This document shows positions 38,306-42,487 of a stretch of DNA of 42,487 nt, piece after piece. A model generated the notes under the pieces. The model was not told where the DNA came from. It saw only the letters and a list, made by a program, of their open reading frames with translations, and ran no database searches. Where the stretch lies: sequence record SRR31156797_10525. One strand, written 5' to 3'. A program made the translations under genes and the position numbers. Every line of letters starts with the position of its first letter. The first letter of the stretch is position 1.

Positions 38306-39673
38306 ATGAATAAAACATTACTTTTAACCTGTTTTGCAGCACTATTGCTGTTATTGAGCCACACTAAACTTGATGCTCAATTTGCCAAAGACCTTCAAAT
38401 CTACTCATGGTCTGCCCCCAGAAGTAAAGGAGCCCTAACGGATAGCGAAACCGTTAAAATTGCTGTAAAAAATATAGGTACCGAAGCCGTTTCTGGTTTT
38501 ACCATTGGATTTTCTCAGGATGGCGGTGAAACTTTTAAGGAAGAAGTGGTATCTCAAACACTAAATGCTGGTAGTATTATGCTCTATACCTTTACCGAAA
38601 ACTTTGCGGTATTAGGAACCGATGGCGCAACATATTACATTACCGGCAGAATTACACTGGAAGGTGACGAAGACTTAAGTAATAACGAACACACCGAAGA
38701 GGTAATTAATTATTTAATTGGAGATGTAGAAGATGAACCTTTTGAAATAACTTCGTTTCCATATGCTGCCAGTGGAGAATATGTAATGTATACCAATAAC
38801 TATGGTCCGGGTTATAATATCTCCAATTATATGCAGGCCGAAGATATTGTGTTTGCCTTTACCACTACCGAAACGCAAATGTATGTAGACGCTGCTGTAA
38901 CGGCAGATTACGCTGGTTCTTTTGCACCAAGACCGGGAATTGCCCTAACGCGTGAAAAACCAAGTGCTTTTGACAAGACTGATCCGGATACAGAAGCTGG
39001 TGTTGGAACAGGAGACTGGGTGGCCAGTTTTGATAATGCCTATTGCTATTATGCACAAACCTACTATCTGGTTATTGATAAATGGACTGACTATTCATGT
39101 ACTTATGATTTAGTCGTAAATCTCTATCGTCAGCATGACTTTAAGTATTTCAATTTTGAATCCTTGAGTGTTAATGGTGCCATAGATTACGAAAATCGTA
39201 TGGTTACCTTAACCGTTCCTCAGGGTACAGATGTAACTTCATTAGTACCTACTTTTGAATTACCTGCTTATACCGAGGTATTCATTGATGGAGCTGCACA
39301 AACAAGTGGTTCAAGTGTAGTAGATTTTACAAGCGATGTTACTTATACCATCAACCAAACCATTACACCTAATGCCACACAAACATGGACTGTAAGCGTT
39401 ATTGAGGATCAAACAACAGATATTCAAACGAACAGTATTGATAAAATTACTGTTTCTCCGAATCCGGCGAACGATGTAATTACAGTTCTCTCTAATGATT
39501 TAAATGAGATCAATAAAGTATCAATATATAGTGCTTCGGGATCGTTAGTTTTATCGCAAGAAAACTTAAATACAGGACAAGCCATTGCCATTGACCAACT
39601 TGTTCCGGGTATTTATATTGTTCAGATTGAAGCAAACGGAAATCAGGTAACAACCCGTTTTATAAAGAAATAA
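38306..39673 (+). CDS. T9SS type-A cargo protein with CARDB-like Ig, a central beta-sandwich and a DUF5018-like domain
   Basis: Signal peptide; VKNIG...GDEDLSNN Ig domain; VPQGTDVTSLVPTF...VDFTSDVTY; CTD VSPNPAND...IYSASG...LVPGIYIV...RFIKK. Confidence 0.85.
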   Translation: MNKTLLLTCFAALLLLLSHTKLDAQFAKDLQIYSWSAPRSKGALTDSETVKIAVKNIGTEAVSGFTIGFSQDGGETFKEEVVSQTLNAGSIMLYTFTENFAVLGTDGATYYITGRITLEGDEDLSNNEHTEEVINYLIGDVEDEPFEITSFPYAASGEYVMYTNNYGPGYNISNYMQAEDIVFAFTTTETQMYVDAAVTADYAGSFAPRPGIALTREKPSAFDKTDPDTEAGVGTGDWVASFDNAYCYYAQTYYLVIDKWTDYSCTYDLVVNLYRQHDFKYFNFESLSVNGAIDYENRMVTLTVPQGTDVTSLVPTFELPAYTEVFIDGAAQTSGSSVVDFTSDVTYTINQTITPNATQTWTVSVIEDQTTDIQTNSIDKITVSPNPANDVITVLSNDLNEINKVSIYSASGSLVLSQENLNTGQAIAIDQLVPGIYIVQIEANGNQVTTRFIKK

Positions 39674-39701
39674 TTCAGACTATTGGTTTTACCAGTAAAA
39701 C

Positions 39702-39737
39702 AAAAACCCAGTGCGTATTTTACACACTGGGTTTTTT
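39702..39737. terminator. Bidirectional terminator between convergent genes
   Basis: AAAAACCCAGTG (39702-39713) / CACTGGGTTTTT (39725-39736). Confidence 0.85.
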
Positions 39738-39763
39738 ATGGAAAAATTAATACAAATTCGAAG

Positions 39764-42238
39764 TTATAACTTAACCTCAAATTTAACCCTAACACCAAAA
39801 TCAGGGGCTTTTTGAATAGAACTCGGCGTTAATCGCCATACGCCTTCTATTCTAAAAAATCGTAATACATTTTCAAGTCCTGCACCTACCTCTACATATG
39901 GTCCGTCTGCGGCTTGCAGACCTAAGGGTAAATCAATTCCTTTTAACTGATCCTTATCCAGGCTTCCTACCATTGTTTTGGCCGAAACTACCTCCCGCAA
40001 ACCTAATCGTCTGAATAAAGGCATACGGTTAAAAAAGAATCCATTAAGATGATACTCTATAAAACTATGCAGGTACTGATCATGAACAAATTCAAGATAA
40101 TTGATCATGTTAAAATCATACATATAGTAACCGTATGTTTCGTTACCTCTGGGTATTTCGAGCATAGTATAAGGAACCGTTCCAAATATTTTACCTGCTT
40201 CTAAAGCATAATTCAAATAGGTTTGTCCCATATAAACTTTATGCTTATAAGTAGCATGAACTTTACCATACCATTCTTCTTGACTGGCAAATTCAACCTT
40301 TCCAGCATTTACCGATAAATGAATGATCGGATATTCACTTCCCATATACAATCTTCGGTAACCTTTATCGATATACTTCTCTTTCCAGGACATTCTCAAA
40401 TTAAGGCCTAATTCAAATCCGGATAAATCATCTACTGCCTCACCTTGATAGGAAAACGGATAAAACTCCGGCGAAAACTGCTTTTGGTATTGTGCCATAA
40501 AAGTGGTAGAAACGCCTGTTCTCCATTCATGCTCATATGATAATTGTACATTTTGCTGACGATATAATTCATCAAACTCATCACGAGCAAATATGGTAGA
40601 AATTAAATTAGTCTCCGATGGTGTCAGCATGTTTTCATATAGATAGAGAATTTTTCGGTTCTCCCCCATCCGGATATACTGATCATCGTAAGAAACTCTT
40701 AATACTTTTCGTTGTACATCTGGCAATTTATATCCCACTCCTCCATGACCTGTCAGTAGTTTGTTTTTAGTACCATAGCCTAATCCGCCATACAGCATCC
40801 AGTGTTCACTTATTTCGTCACTGGTTCTTCCGCCCAAGAATATACGAGTTCCTTCAATTTTATTGGATTCTACAAAATCGGTGTAAGGACCAATCTCAAA
40901 CTTACCCAAATCAAAATACCCTGTCATCCCCATCTCCACTGCTTTATTCACCAGCTTTACATCCGGAACTTCGTTTAGGGCATCAATGGTATGGTATTTA
41001 TCTAAATCATCCAGTGTTAAATCCGTATGTCGAACGGATTGCCAATAGACAGAATCACGCTGACCATAGCCTTTTGATTTTATCGATTCATAGTTTAAAC
41101 TCTTTGCTGATAATTGGATATCCTCAGATGGATTCACTTTTACCTTACTAAAAGAGGAATATTCTCGAAAGGTTAATTCAAGCCGTTCTTTGGTTGTATC
41201 GCCACTCACCGGTAAATAATCGAAGATTGCCTGCAAGGTATTCTCTTTATAAAAAGGAATAGAATCTTCAATGAGCTGATAACTGGCCTGAATCTGTAAA
41301 TCTTTAATAAAATTCAGGTTATTCTTAGCCGAAACCTTGGCCTGTATTTCCTGAATGGCAAATCGTTGATTATCGATTACCATATAACCACGAAATACAT
41401 TCTCTCCCTTTCTTCGCGGATAAAAACTGATTTTATAATGCTTAACCTCATCCACCATCACACTATCTTCGAGATAATAGCGATAGTAAAAACGACCATT
41501 ATCTGCCAAGGGACTCACAAAGTTCTGCTCATATAAATTCAGGTAATTATCATAGTAGTTCATGCTCACATCCAAACCACTGGTATAACCACTAATTTCC
41601 ATATTATCCAACACACCAATTCCCGATGTTTTATCCGCTAAAATGGTTGATTTCTCCAACAATGGTTTTCGTTGAAATTCATTATACACCACTTGCTCCG
41701 AAAAATAGACAGGAAGGTAATAGGAGCTGTCTGCCGCCTGTTTAAACAGGTGCTGATGATTGCGAAAAGTGCGGGAATTCATCAGGCTTTTTTCGGCATG
41801 ATTTAAATTATAATCCCACTTGCTGTATTTTTCGTAGTTATAACGATTATATCGCTCCGGATTGTTGTTTTTCTTGTTACGGATAGCATTCTTCAGAATC
41901 CACCTAATCCAAATATCCGACGGCAAAACTTTTACCTCCTCTAACTCTGTTACCACCGGATTTAAACGAACAGTAACATCAGAAGCGGCTTTAACCAATA
42001 GTGTTTGTGATTCGAAACCTAAGGCCGAAACAGATATGGAATCCCCTGAAATATTCAAATCGAAAACACCCAGCGTATCGGTCATGGTACCCACAGAGGT
42101 GCCTTTTACGAATACACTGGCAAAAGCAATTGCTTCTTTTGTTTGTGCATCCATTACCTTACCGGAAACCTTATGGTTTTGAGCTAATAGTCCGGTTAAG
42201 TGAATAAATAGAATTCCTATTATTAATAGTCTTGTCAT
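39764..42238 (-). CDS. DUF5686 outer-membrane protein with N-terminal CarboxypepD_reg-like domain
   Basis: GKVMDAQTKEAIAFASV...GTMTD..G.F...SALGFE...LEEVKV; YEKYSK, FVSPLA, YRYYLED, GLENVLRFFRIE. Likely start ATG 42238, since the ORF-track TTG overlaps a TGTCTTTG -7-like box. Confidence 0.85.
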   Translation of the reverse strand: MTRLLIIGILFIHLTGLLAQNHKVSGKVMDAQTKEAIAFASVFVKGTSVGTMTDTLGVFDLNISGDSISVSALGFESQTLLVKAASDVTVRLNPVVTELEEVKVLPSDIWIRWILKNAIRNKKNNNPERYNRYNYEKYSKWDYNLNHAEKSLMNSRTFRNHQHLFKQAADSSYYLPVYFSEQVVYNEFQRKPLLEKSTILADKTSGIGVLDNMEISGYTSGLDVSMNYYDNYLNLYEQNFVSPLADNGRFYYRYYLEDSVMVDEVKHYKISFYPRRKGENVFRGYMVIDNQRFAIQEIQAKVSAKNNLNFIKDLQIQASYQLIEDSIPFYKENTLQAIFDYLPVSGDTTKERLELTFREYSSFSKVKVNPSEDIQLSAKSLNYESIKSKGYGQRDSVYWQSVRHTDLTLDDLDKYHTIDALNEVPDVKLVNKAVEMGMTGYFDLGKFEIGPYTDFVESNKIEGTRIFLGGRTSDEISEHWMLYGGLGYGTKNKLLTGHGGVGYKLPDVQRKVLRVSYDDQYIRMGENRKILYLYENMLTPSETNLISTIFARDEFDELYRQQNVQLSYEHEWRTGVSTTFMAQYQKQFSPEFYPFSYQGEAVDDLSGFELGLNLRMSWKEKYIDKGYRRLYMGSEYPIIHLSVNAGKVEFASQEEWYGKVHATYKHKVYMGQTYLNYALEAGKIFGTVPYTMLEIPRGNETYGYYMYDFNMINYLEFVHDQYLHSFIEYHLNGFFFNRMPLFRRLGLREVVSAKTMVGSLDKDQLKGIDLPLGLQAADGPYVEVGAGLENVLRFFRIEGVWRLTPSSIQKAPDFGVRVKFEVKL

Positions 42239-42330
42239 TCTTTGATATCGAAATAATATATGCAAAGACAATCTAAATGGTTAAAGGTTGTCTGATGCCT
42301 AGAAAACTCAGTAAAAACATTCCGTCCTCA

Positions 42331-42487
42331 CACCTTTAAATATGCCTTAAAAAAGCGCGCGGTTCCCTTTAGGGAACAGAAAGGTGAACGTTGGCCAATA
42401 CTAAAATTAAATGATGGGTTGAAGCATTAACCTTAGGGATTTCATCCCTAAAACCCTGACTTCCTTTCTTTTCTTGATGAAAGAAAG
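42331..42487. repeat. Cluster of short palindromes at the window edge; possibly the start of a dispersed palindromic repeat
   Basis: GTTCCC/GGGAAC (42362-42377), TTAGGGAT/ATCCCTAA (42433-42451), CTTTCTTT/AAAGAAAG (42464-42487), CACCTTT/AAAGGTG (42331-42337, 42380-42386). Confidence 0.4.

Overview
AT-rich chromosomal window from a Bacteroidota genome. The evidence is TAnnTTTG promoters, a T9SS cargo protein and DUF5686/DUF4861 genes; a Marinilabiliales-like origin is my inference. About 29 CDS, left to right: (1) a two-gene GH27 + double-GH43 glycosidase operon; (2) a secreted C1 cysteine peptidase; (3) the classical menaquinone pathway, split into menF-menD-menB and menA-menC-menE by a chemoreceptor and a DUF5362 membrane protein; (4) a nucleoid-associated protein, a degenerate 21-bp tandem array and a metallopeptidase/beta-propeller/beta-barrel outer-membrane protein; (5) a GH13, a metallophosphoesterase and two small unknown ORFs; (6) a divergent hexuronate locus, LacI-kduI-kduD-DUF4861 versus kdgK-kdgA-uxuB-uxuA-exuT-LacI, with readable promoters and operators; (7) a non-catalytic T9SS cargo and a DUF5686 protein. 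I found no rRNA, tRNA, CRISPR array, transposase, integrase or phage gene. I cannot point to a clearly new multi-gene system. The best leads are the 21-bp/heptad array (19149-19512), the structured 359-nt kdgK-kdgA spacer carrying an inverted copy of the kdgK operator-like 10-mer, the Ile-type GH27 with circularly permuted NPCBM modules, and the 34H chemoreceptor inside the men cluster. All family assignments come from motif recognition by eye, not database searches.
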